Shown: positions 25,226 to 37,367 of the stretch, piece by piece | Layout: each line of letters starts with the position of its first letter | Numbering within the stretch: position 1 is the first letter of the stretch | Origin: Rhizophagus irregularis | Taxonomy: Eukaryota | NCBI RefSeq assembly: GCF_026210795.1 | Contig: NC_089430.1 | Location: forward strand, 5,518,001-5,582,000 | DNA: 64,000 nucleotides | Direction: 5' to 3' | Translations under genes and position numbers: made by a program | The notes under the pieces: generated by a model | What the model saw: only the letters and a program-made list of their open reading frames with translations | What the model was told of the DNA's origin: nothing | Database searches by the model: none

Positions 25226-26476
25226 GTATTACAATGTATTCATTTTTTTGATTTGAATATTTAAAATTTAATTTCCAATTGACATTTTTTTTTATACTTA
25301 GATTGCAATACATAGTAAATTTAGTGATTTTGAAAATTTTACTATCGGGTTTTATGGAATAACTCAAGATCCAAATACAAAAGATTATATTATGGTTTTA
25401 AAATATGCGGATGATGGAAGCTTACGAAATTACTTAAATACAAATTATAATAAATTAAATTGGAATAGAAAAATTAGTCATTTACTTGAAATTGCACGTG
25501 GACTTGATTATATTCATGAAAATAAATTTATTCATCGAGATTTACATAGTGGAAATATTCTAATGTCTATAATTAAGGTATGGATAGCTGATATGGGATT
25601 ATGTAAACCAGCAGATTATAATCCATCGGAAGGTGCAAAAAATAACATATATGGCGTTTTGCCTTATATTGCTCCTGAAATTTTAAGAGGACAAAATTAT
25701 ACAAAAGCTTCAGATATCTATAGTTATGGTATAATTATGTATGAAATAATTTCTGGATTACCTCCATATCATGATATTGGTCATGATGAAAATTTAGCTA
25801 TAAAAATTTGTAAAGGACTCAGACCGAGGTTTAATATTAAAGTACCTCAATTGATTGTTTATTTAATTAAAAGATGCTTAGATGCAAATCAGATAAATAG
25901 ACCAATGGCAAAAGAAATTAGCGATATTTTATACAAATGGCAGTATAAAAGAAGTGATAGTCAAACAGTTGAATTACAAAAACAAATTAAAGATGCAGAA
26001 GGAATAAATAACAATTCAACAAAAGATAGTATTCCTTTGACTAATTTAGGATCATCATATAAAACACATTCCGAAGCGATTTATACAAGTAGACTACTTA
26101 AGTTTAATAATCTTCCCGAACCAAAAAATTCCGATGATTACTATAAACATACTGATAACATAATAAGTTTAGAATTTTCAGGTATTTTTAACGAAAAAAA
26201 AAATATTTAGAATAATTATTAAAGAATGTTACTAAAATATTACTTATTATTAAATAGCATCGTTGTCTCAACAAATTGATGTTTCTCAATTGAACATCAA
26301 TGATATTAATCATAAATCAAAAGATTTTAATTTTGAACAAAATGATGACATAACGAGCATGGAATATTCAGGTATTAATTTAATACTTACAAATTAGTAA
26401 GATTTATAAATACTAACCTAATTTTATTTTGTTAATTTGTTAAATAGAATCATTACAAATTGATATTTCACAATAA
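20395..26476 (+). CDS. Kinase gene 2: TKL-type protein kinase with 10 tandem N-lobe-like exon modules (~1,700 aa if all are spliced)
   Basis: Exon 1 is 20395-20781 (start uncertain). Acceptors at 20861, 21356, 21860, 22356, 22866, 23367, 23872, 24365 and 24848 are all in frame and phase 0. The last module has IAKGGHGKVY and VALK and ends at 25225. C-lobe exon 25302-26181 has HRDLHSGN, DMG and APE. Terminal exons are 26258-26371 and 26448-26476 (ESLQIDISQ*). Confidence 0.88.
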
Positions 26477-27505
26477 GATACTAACGATGATTATGCGATA
26501 TAAAATAAAATACTACTGATATAAGACATTTGTTTTTATTTTTTATTTAGTCTCGTTATTTTTAATTTTTTTCTTTTTATTTTCGTTATTTGTTTTATTT
26601 TTTTATTTTTGTTATTTTTTACCTTGTTATTTTTTTTCCTACTTTCTTATTTTGTCATTTTTTTTTTATTTCATGTATTATTTTTAAGAATTTTTTTCAC
26701 ATTATAATTTGGTTCTATTTAACGTTTAGTTTTTCTTACAAAAAATTGTGATTTTAAATATTTTTTTATTCTTTATTGCAAACTAAATTAGAGGAATGGC
26801 TATTGAAGAAGAAAGATATAAGAGTAAATTAAAAATTTCAATTTAAATTCGTAATTGTAAAATATGATTATACGAACTTGAAAGTAACTTGAAAGTGACA
26901 TGTGTATGCAATGATTTCACTTTCATTACATCTGTCATCCAATCTTTATCCTATGAACAATATGATTCCATAATATCAGTAGGAATCTAGTAACTTTAAA
27001 TCTTATTTCAATAAAATTCCTCCATCCTTTAGGAACACCGTTTTCAATAGTATTATGTCGATTTTTGCGGACTATTTTTCTGTGGTACAGTATATTATAA
27101 TTAATAGGAAGGGTATTTTTGATTTGAATAGGTTAAAAAGATTAAACCAGATTTCATAAAAAATATTTGTTGCATAGTAAACAATAAAATCATTTTTTTT
27201 TTCCTTTAGAAACATATTAAAGTTTAGCTGACTGTACAGTACAGTTTATCTATCTACCTCGTAAAAGGAGACTAAATTCAAATTAAATTAAGAGGAAAAA
27301 AATACTGAGGTCATAATTATAAAAAAAAAATTCTTACATTAATAGATAATAAAATATATTAATATTTACTAGAAAATTTTTGCGTAAAACACGTCTTCAG
27401 TTGGAGATAAATTATCGATAACCTATAAAAGGCATACTGACGAAATTATTTCAGCTAATCATAACTCATTGTATACTTTTCAAATTTTTTTATTTAACAT
27501 CTAAC

Positions 27506-27733
27506 TACCCTAGCGTTACCGGCCATTACCCCACTGGTGGCGGAATTATGCGCTGTCACGTGAACAGTACGGTGACAAATAATGTGTGACGAATAAGTTT
27601 TTACCAACTCAAAAAAAACGTCCCTCAGATAAATATAAACAATGAAAACACTGAGGAGTGTGACGGATGTGATGATTTTTTACATGGGCACGTGACCAGT
27701 GCTTTTTTTGGGGAAACGCCGGTAACGCCGGTA
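27506..27733. mobile_element. Possible small MITE
   Basis: Imperfect inverted ends GCGTTACCGGCCATTACCCCA and TGGGGAAACGCCGGTAACGC with internal CACGTG motifs. A 17-nt low-complexity direct repeat lies at 27480 and 27734. Confidence 0.4.
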
Positions 27734-27898
27734 TCAAATTTTTTTATTTATCGTACAATAAAATCTGATTGGTGAGTTATCACTTTGTACAGTACAGTTT
27801 AGCTAACCGTACAGTACAGTTATATGTATACTCCTTTTTACGTGATATTGTTATTTTTTTTTACTGGCAACATCAGGAAATTTTACAGGTGATATATA

Positions 27899-28302
27899 TA
27901 GGGATGGGAAAGTAACGGTTAATTATAAATTTGGTTAATTAACTGGTTAATTAACGGTTAATTAACGGTTAATTAACCTATAGTTAACTAATATATTGAT
28001 TTTTTATAAATAATAAAATAAAACAATGAAATTTATTTATTTATTAAAATGATTATAATAAATCTTATATATTTTATTTATTCTTCATCATCTAAACTTA
28101 TTACATTTGATTCAAATTCAAGTATAGTACTATTATCACTATCACAGACTATACCATTTTTTACCAATAATTATCAAATTATAATTAAAATCACATGACT
28201 TAAATTCTGCATTTTTATTGGTTGATTTAAAGTAACGGTTAATTAACCATTTTAAACTAATTATAAGTAACATAATTAACGGTTAATTAACGCCCATCCC
28301 TA
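27899..28302. mobile_element. hAT-type MITE or internal-deletion derivative (404 bp)
   Basis: TIRs TAGGGATGGG...CCCATCCCTA. Perfect 8-bp TSD GATATATA at 27891-27898 and 28303-28310. AACGGTTAATT subterminal repeats. The minus-strand remnant LVKNGIVCDSD...LDDEE* resembles a transposase acidic C-terminus. Confidence 0.92.
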
Positions 28303-29559
28303 GATATATAGCGATATATATCACTTTATCGATATATATCCCATTTATTTATAAAATGTGATATATATCGATAATAATCGCACTCGTCGATTATTAACGA
28401 TGTGATTAAATCAACAACTATCGATCATCACTAACGATTATTATCTTATGGTAAAATAATGTTAGATTATTTATTGTATTAAATAACAATATATTATTTA
28501 TTGTTAGATAACATTAAATTACTTTATTGTTAAATGTGGTTCAGTTTTATTATCATATCAATAAAATACATTTGAATTCTATGCTAAATCTATACTAAAT
28601 TCTATACTAAAACTATACAAATCTATTATGTATCTAATTGGATCCCAATGATACCCTACTAATCTTATTGTAATATCGTTCATTTATAAAGGTCTGAACC
28701 CACCTACAAAACGTTTTGATAAAAGAAATAGTACATTACCAACTCTTTTCTACCTTTACTGAAATCCACCTCTAGAGATTTGATGTACCGATCACCTAAA
28801 AAAGAAAAGTAACGAAATGTTAATAATCATTTCGTTAAAAGGATATAACTTTTTTTAAAAATATAAAAACTGATATCCACCTTAAATCATCACAAATTAT
28901 AAAGTTTCACCGATGTTCATTGACAAATTGGTCTCGTGATTGTGGCAAATTGTAATTAATATTGATAATAGGTCTTTCATCCTAACAAAAATCCACATCC
29001 AAGGGGATTCGAGAAACTGGTCTCCTAAAAAAAAGAAAAATAATGAAACCTTAATATCGTTTCATTAAAAAAAAATATTTTTTTAAAATGAAAACCCGAT
29101 ATCTACCTTGAGATCTGATGAACCTGATCACGATCACATGAAAAAAAAGAAAATAATGAAATAATAATGATCGTTTCATTATTTTTTAAAAACAAATCTG
29201 ATAACTACCTTAAAAAAAATACTGATACCCTTCCTTCGAAATCCAAAGAACTGACCTTCTACAAAATAAAGAAAAAGAACTGTTAGTAAAGTTCGCTAAA
29301 ATAATAAAAAAATTAAAATAAAAAAAAACAATTGTCTTTATACCAAAATGGTGAGTCTAAGGAAATTCAAAGGCAAAAGATTTACCAGTGAGTTGAATAT
29401 TGCGATAAGGGATACTTCTGTCGAGTACACCTTCATATTGGGGCCCAAATATTTCTTCTTCAATGGTAAATGGAACACACGGAGGGGTGTTATTAAATCT
29501 TTCTGATTCTATTAGTAATTTTTGACCGGAATGTGCATCTAAAGAGACCGAAGAATGCC

Positions 29560-30510
29560 TAGAAAAAGGGAAAGGGAGGAAGAGAGAAGGAGCAAAGAGA
29601 AAGGAAGACGAGTAAGAGAGGGATATGGGAAAAAAGGAAAGAAAGGGAGGGGAAAAAACGAAAAAGGGAAAGGGAAAAAATGAAAGAAAGGGAAAGGGAA
29701 AAGAATGAAAAGGAAAAGGAAAAGGAAAATTTACGAAAAAAAGTTTAAACTAAAAAAAGCTTAAGCTTTAATGCTAAAATAATCAAACTGCCAATAAAAA
29801 AAAACAGAAAAAAATGAAATGAAATGAAAGGTGAAAATGAAAAAAAAAGAAAAGGGAAAGCGTAAAAAGGGGTGAAGTGGGTGAAAGGGAAAGTGTAAAA
29901 GAAAGATGGGTGAGAGGGGGAAGGAAAAAGAAGGGTAGAAGAATGTGAATGGGAAAGGGCGAAAGTAATGTTTAATTAAACTTTTAAAAAAAAGTTTAAA
30001 AAAATAAACTTATCGCGTCGCGTTTTAGTAGTTAATCAATGGAAAGTTGTGTCACATGATATGATACACGTGATTGTTAAATAGCCTCGTAGTAACTTAT
30101 TTAACTTATTTTTAATTAATTATAATATTATGTTACACTAACAATGGAGTAATGGAAAGTAATAGAGGAAACAAAAAGGAGAAATAGGACATGATGAGAG
30201 ACGAAAAGAAGTGATGAGAGACAAAAGGGAGTGATGGGAGACGAAAAGAAATGATGGGAAACAAAAAGAAATGATGGGAAGATGAAGAGAAGGTGAAAAT
30301 GAAAAAAAAAGAAAAAAGAAAGCGTAAAAAGGTGAAGTGGGTGAAGGGAAAAAGAAGGGTAGAAGAGTGTAAATGGGGATGGGCGAAGGAAATGGTTAAT
30401 TAAACTAAAAAAAAAGTTTAAAAAAAATAAACTTATCGTCGCGTCTTAGTAGTTTAACTAACGGAAAGTCGTGTCACATGATATAATGCACGTGATTGTT
30501 AAATAATCTC
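29560..30510. repeat. Purine-rich low-complexity region with an imperfect direct repeat (~29830-30085 vs ~30290-30505)
   Basis: GTGAAAATGAAAAAAAAAG...GCGTAAAAAGG...GGGTAGAAGA...AAACTTATCG...GTGTCACATGAT...CACGTGATTGTTAAATA occurs twice. Probably part of a decayed transposon. Confidence 0.7.
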
Positions 30511-31049
30511 GTAATATAATATCATGTTACATAACGCAAATCTATACAGGATTGATAAATTATCACTACAGAAATTTATTGATAAAATTAAACATGCATT
30601 TAATATCGATATTTATCCTCCAAAAAAATTTCCCGATGAAATAAATTAAATTAATTTAGAAAAATTCCACTTATTTACACTATCGTATTTGATTTTGTGA
30701 TGTTGCTATTTTTTTTCTTTTTTTTTCTTTTTTTTTTTGAAAAATTGCCGCATTTCTTTTTTGAATATTTATTGTTTTATCATTAGTTTAAGATTAAAAA
30801 AAAAATTATTTTCTAAAAAAAGGAATGAGTTTCCTTCTTTGCTAATAATAATAATTATAATTATAATAATAAAAAATAATAATAATATAAAATAAATAAT
30901 TTCTTGTATCAATTATCAAAAAAAAAAAAATGTAGTACTTAGTACAAGAATGAAAAAAAAAATCTATTTATTTACTTTTAAAATGAAAGATAAAAGTATG
31001 AGACACATAAAATCATACGATGCGGTAAAAATTTATAAATCATTACATC

Positions 31050-31490
31050 ATTGATAAAAAATTATTATATCAATACCACGTACTTTATTTTGACAAAATA
31101 TATTTTAAATCATAATGTTCACCACCTCGTAAATAAAGCTAACTCAATTAATTATGTCAAAAAATACAATCCTCAGGTTGCATTGCTGGATGATTGACAA
31201 TTGATTGAATTTCACTTTCTGTAATGCCAGTTATAGCGTTATATAAATCTGGATGGAAATTCTTGTTATTAATATCTTGAGGACGACGTATTTAGAATAC
31301 AAGTTAATATGACGTGTAATTGTGAATCTTGCAGCTTTAATTAGTAATCTTTTCCTGCTGCTTGCATGAAACCAAGAATAATACAAGCTGCTGGTGCTCT
31401 AATTCTTCTTTAGTCAATTTTGCCTGACCAAGCTTGCAATTCTTTTATTAAAGTTATATTACTATCCATCTCAAACATACTGTAGACATT
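31050..31490 (-). pseudogene. Possible remnant of a Crypton/DUF3504-type tyrosine recombinase
   Basis: Minus-strand fragments FHPDLYNAITGITESEIQSIVNHPAMQP and LRGGEHYDLK, broken by stops and frameshifts. LRGGEH recalls the catalytic-Arg motif of this family; recognised by eye only. Confidence 0.4.
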
Positions 31491-32423
31491 TATGATTAAA
31501 AAAAATATTGCTATAAAATGTCACGAGAGGGCACGTATTGTATGGACCGATAAAATAGAGTATAGGCCGCAATAAAACTAGAAAATTGAAACCGTTGAGT
31601 CCGAAGCGATAAATTCTATTATCTTATTTATCTGTATATCACAAATTTTATTTTTTATTTTATCTTAGTTATATTTTTTTTATTGATGTAGCTCAAATAT
31701 CAAGTGATGTAATGCATCCGGACAAACGGACTTCGCAACACATAAGCATAATTATATAGACCTTCAGATAATAATATTTTTCACAATTCTCACCCCAGTA
31801 TTTAGTATTTTGCGTGTTTTTCCACATAATATTGCTTTATTGTAGTTTATTCTACTATTTTATTACTTTATTTTGTTGTAAAAAATAAAAACGAGTTTTT
31901 ATATATTAAATATAAATTTTTAAAAATTTTTTGCAACCTTGAAAGTATAAAGGTGAACTATCAAGTTTTGAAAGAAGAATTTCATTATAAAAATTATCTT
32001 TTTATTAACAATTATTACATAGTTAATATAAAGATTTATTTCTAAAATTAGTACAAATAATTTATTTTTTTAAAAAAAAAACCAAACCGTTAAATTTTAT
32101 AAAGTAAAAAGAATTATATAAAATATTTTAAATAAACGTTTCTTTGCAAATATTTTTTCAAGATAAATATCTCTTGCTCTATTATTTCTCTTAAAACAAA
32201 ACTACAAATTTTTCTAAGACAAAAATCTAAAATTTTTTGTGACGCAGCAAATATTATACGTCTTTTTTTTAAAAATCAAATAAGGAAAAGTTGGCGTGAT
32301 AAATAGACAAATATAGCAATTTTTCAGAATTTGTTCGTGATAATCACAAATAAACAATCTCTTTAGAAATTCAAGAAAAATTTTCTATCCTCGAAAATCT
32401 TTGAAATATATTGAGATAAAAAT

Positions 32424-34793
32424 ATGAAAGATGATACAATCACACCGGATGAAGGAAATCTTCGTTCATCTAGAGCTAGTGGAAGTGAAATTTTAAACAA
32501 TATTAATTCAGGTATTATTATTGTTATCATTTATTATATTATTATTACGATATTTTTTTTTTTTTTTATAAATATTTATAAAGTTTAAACATATCTTTAA
32601 TATTTTTTTTTCAATTTTACTACAATAAATCGACTAGTACTGAGAAATAGACAACGTCAACCTTCTGTACAATCTCAACCTACTGTTTATAACCAATTTA
32701 TTATACAAATTGATCAATATAAACACAAAATATATACTTACGGAAAATTACCATTTTTGATTATTTTAATTCCCGTAATAGCATATGTAAGTAATTATTC
32801 TTGATACGCGAAAACTTTAATAATAGTTCGTATTAATTTTCATTAATAACTGATATATTTGAATTTACCTCAAAGATATTTTACAGATTCAACACCCCGA
32901 AGCCGTCTCAATTACCATTATCGGATATTAACGCACCAGCCATACTCTTAATCGGAAAAGCGGGTATGCCTTGATATCATTGTCTTTCTTTTCAATGAAT
33001 TAACTTTTTTTTTAATTGAAAATATACTTTACATTTGCTTGAAAGGCGCTGGCAAAAGTACATTAGGAAATTTATTGTTGGGAACCTATGAAGATGAAAA
33101 ACCGACTTTCAATTTCTCTGATAGCTTTGTAAGTAAAAAAAAAAATGTATTCGAGTTTAAATAATTTCATTTACATTAGTTTCTAATTTTAAATGATTAG
33201 TCAACGGTTACTCAGAACTCTAGCTTTGCGAGGATTCAAATTGGTGATGAAAATTATAACATTGTCGATACGCCAGGAATTTTTGACACTGATAACCCCA
33301 ACGAAGTTGTCCTAGAAAAAATTTCTCGAACCATCCAAAAATGTGCTTATGGGATTAAAGCCATATTATTTGTAATTGGTGTGTGAGAATATAGAATATA
33401 CATAATTGCATTCATGATAGAGAGTATAATATATTTAAAATATTTAAAATGTTGTTTATATAGAAGCAAAACGGTTCACGATAGAACAAAAGGAAATGGT
33501 CGACAGAATAAAATTATTTCTAGGAAAAGAGTCTCTCCAATACATGATTTCTGTCTTTTCCCATTGTAGTCGTAAGCAGACCGAAGATCTTGAGTATTTT
33601 AAAAAGTTTTCTTGGAATCAGGAAATAAAGGCTTTCGTCAATTCCATGGGTAGTCGGTGGGCCATTTCTCCGAATCCAGAAAGTTACCCACCTAATAATC
33701 CTGTACGTAAGCAACGCCTCGAAGATTTAAAAAATCATATCGTCTCTATAGATGGAAAATATACGAATGAATTGCTCGAAAAGGTACGGGAAAAACAAGA
33801 AGAAAATGAAAGAAAAACGAGAGAAGAGGAAGTGAAACGACAAAAAGAATACGATGAAAGTAAAAAGAGAGAAGGCGAAGCTATTGCAAGGAAAAATTAT
33901 GAGAAGCAGAGAGCAGAAGATGAGAGAAAAGCAAATGAAAGACGAAAAATGGAAATAAAAAATATTAAGGATACTTTACTTATACAAATAAATATCCTAA
34001 GTGAGAAGGTGGCTAATCTAACCAAGGATAATGAGAGCCTTAATGAGAAAGTGGCTAATCTTACCAAGGAACACGAAAGGGGAGAACACGAAAAGGCTGA
34101 ACACGAAAAGGCTAAAGAGAATCAAAATTGTTTTGGGCTTGAGACACAAGTCGAACTTGAATCAGGAAGGATTATTCAAATGTCAGAACTTAAAACAGGA
34201 GATCGGGTGTTATCAAACATAAGAAATGGTATTGCTGAATACTCTGAAGTTTGTCTTATTGCTCATATTGGTAAACTCGAACATGAAGAGGAATTTGCTA
34301 AAATCAGCTTTACTAGACCGGATGGATCTAAAGGCATTTTATTTATTAGATTTATTGTGATTTACTAAAGAATAAATTGTTTACTTATTTTATCCATTTT
34401 CACATTTTTTAGGTCAATTACGGCTTACAACTACTCATTATGTCTTTGATGAAAATTTATCGATCATACTTGCCAAAGATCTGCGTCCCGGAGAAACAAA
34501 AATATTGGTATCAAATGATAACAATAAGCTAGTTTCAGTCTTTGTGGATGATGTAACAATCGTAAGTTTTAATCTATTTTTAAAATTATTAATACTGTAA
34601 AAGTTATTAATCACCTTGATATTTTAAACAGGAATTGCATGATAAGTACATTCGTTTCCACACACGAGCTGAGTCAGTTATCGCCGATGGTGTACTTTGT
34701 TCCTGTTATGACCAATGTCCACCGTCTCAAACGCTCATGGATTTGGTTTTTTTACCGATACGTTTGTGGACTTATTTTATACCAACCAAGTAG
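32424..34793 (+). CDS. GIN1-like protein: N-terminal transmembrane helix, AIG1/GIMAP GTPase, coiled coil, Hint (Hedgehog/intein) domain; 8 exons, 588 aa
   Basis: Exons 32424-32511, 32638-32786, 32876-32963, 33046-33128, 33201-33378, 33464-34333, 34413-34561 and 34632-34793 splice to an open frame (intron 6 is GC-AG). Motifs: LPFLIILIPVIAYIFY (TM), ILLIGKAGAGKSTLGNLLLG (G1), STVT (G2), VDTPG (G3), RFT, then CFGLETQV...GDRV, LTTTH and VIADGVLCSCY (Hint). The architecture matches the described AM-fungal GIN1; orthology is not established. Confidence 0.85.
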
Positions 34794-36960
34794 AACGACT
34801 TCATCCATATGTTAAATTCTTTGAGACTATATACCTTTCATTTATAAGTTATGGAAAAAGGCAAACGAACTTATTAAATACTAGATCTAGATTAGGAGGA
34901 TCAAAAATATAAATAGATTTAGTTTAGATGATAATATTTTCTTTATTAGAATAAGATAACCTGTTTAACCTACAAAATGAACTAAATAATGATATTTTGT
35001 CAATAAATTGGGAATAATTTGGTTTATTATTGATAGTAAGCAGCTCCTATATAAATAAAATAGAAAAGACTTTATTAAATACGTCGTAAAATTTAGTAAA
35101 TGTATCATCTATCATATTCCAAATTAACCGGGTGAATCTGATTATGTTGATTTGATATGCCGAAATCACAATAAATGGCTTGTTAATCATGATGATAGTG
35201 TATTAATTATTAAAGTACTTATTATAGCCTCTGAGCCTTGGCAAAAAAAAAATAACGTGTGTATTTAATTAATAAATATGATAATCAAAAACTTGTAATT
35301 TATATAAAACTCGATGATGAACTAAATAATGTACTAAATAATTATTCCTTTTGAGTGTTAAAAATGATTAAAGTTGTTAACTAAGAAATTTTAATCGACT
35401 CAAAAAGTTGAGTTCGTGATCGATCAAAATTCAAAAATCGATTAACCTTGATTGATCACGTACAATCGATTTTTTACTCAATTTAAACGATTGAACATTG
35501 AAAACGTTGCACATTTTTACAATAATTAATTTATTTTATTATAATATTTTTTATTAATTCATTATTTTATTCATTTACTATAATCAAAGTATCTTCTATA
35601 CCTCTTCTATACAGATTTATTTATGTACCATATCATGATCGATCGTTCAATTTTAATCGAGGCCAAATTGTTTGATTGATATCAAATCAATGATTGATAG
35701 TTAATTGGTTCAATTAAGAACCTTATGCTAGAATTGAAAACATAACTTAAAAGAAGAGTAGTTAACAATATCATTATATTTTCCGTGATCATCTATATTA
35801 TATTATACATCTGAATTTTGTTCCAAAGATGTTTTCACATTATGTGCAAACACGTTTCTTCCTTTATTGATATTTTTACGAACGTCGTCTAGATACCAAA
35901 AAGTTTATGATCAGTAGATTGGAATTATTTTTAGGATGTTAGTTTCAGTACAAAGCACAGGTCAGCCTTGATCTATCATCACGGCTCTGTCGTAGTAATT
36001 CAATAAAAAAGAAGGAAGAAAAAAAAATATGCGATGGTAATAAATAAGAATTAATTTTACTTTTATCAGAGGTTAATTTAAAATTAATTCACCAAAGGTG
36101 AATTTAAATTTTTTATTGTTTATTTTTAGTACTAACGTATTACTCAATTTCGGAGCAATCACGCTATCAGTAATAATTTGGAAAAATAGATTGAAGTCAC
36201 CATTTTAAATACAAGTAAATTAATACATTTGCATTTTTTAAAGGTTAGTCAGTAAGATATCTTTTTTATGCATTTCTGATTTTAATCAATTTAAATGTAC
36301 TAAATTCATCTTTTTTCATTCTATATCAGTATTTTAATAACAACAGTTTCTAAAGAACTTCTTAAATCATCAGATAATTGCATTCGTTAATAAAAAAATA
36401 TTACAATCGTAAGATATCACCAAGTTAATTTATAAATTTGCAATAATAAATCGTCTTTGTATTTATGCTATCTGGGTTATGTTCACACTACATGGAATTT
36501 TATTATTTTATCACACTCCTTTAAAATTTTAAATCGTTATTTATTTGAAAAAAAAAAAAAATTGATGCAAACATAAATATGAAATCATTACAACTTAAAA
36601 TTCTACCTAACATTATTCCCAGTTTCCCATCTATTTTTAACCATATATATAAAAACAAAAAAAAAATTGCAATTCAAATAACTATAGAAAAGCAAAAAAA
36701 AAAAATCATTTAAAAATAATTAGACCCGTCCATCTGGATTTTAAGGTTAAGCAGAATTTTAAATTGTAATAACAAAAAGAGTAATTTTATAGTAAAACTT
36801 TGATATAGTAGCAGAAAGATATATAATTATACTATTATTCTAATCTAATCTTCTAATCTAATTTTTTTTCTTTTACCTTCAGCTTCGTTATTTTGACCTA
36901 AGAAAAAAATAATACATTAAATTACAAATGAAAACTGAAATATAAAGTTATTATATAAAA

Positions 36961-37367
36961 TTAATATTTACTATTTTCATTAATATTCAATTGAGAAATA
37001 TTGAGTTGTAAAGAATCTATTTAATAAATTAAGACTTATTGTTAGTATTTATGAATTAAGAATATTTTAAAGTCGTTATATTTACCACTCTCATTAATAT
37101 TCAACTGAGAAATGTTGATTTGTAAAGACTCTATTTAATGAATAAATATTTATTATTTGTATTTTATAAACTAAGTATCTTAAAGTTATTATATTTACCA
37201 TTCTCATTAGTACTCAATTGAGAAATATTACGCCGTAAAGATTCTATTTAATAAATTAATATTTCATTATCAGTAATCATAAACTAGGTATTTTAAAGTT
37301 ATACCACAAGTAAAATATTTACCTTTCTTATTAATATTCAATTGAGAAAACCTAAGTTGTAAAGATT
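36961..37367 (-). repeat. Four tandem microexon+intron units, orthologous one-to-one to those at 1390-1800
   Basis: ESLQLRFSQLNINKK, ESLRRNISQLSTNEN, ESLQINISQLNINES, DSLQLNISQLNINENSKY*. Confidence 0.75.

Noticed and set aside
34715..34912. Independent 65-aa gene
   Set aside because: Overlaps the last exon of the GIN1-like gene and is better explained as its frameshifted tail.
35380..35725. Possible decayed MITE with ATCGAT repeats
   Set aside because: Termini match poorly and no TSD was found.
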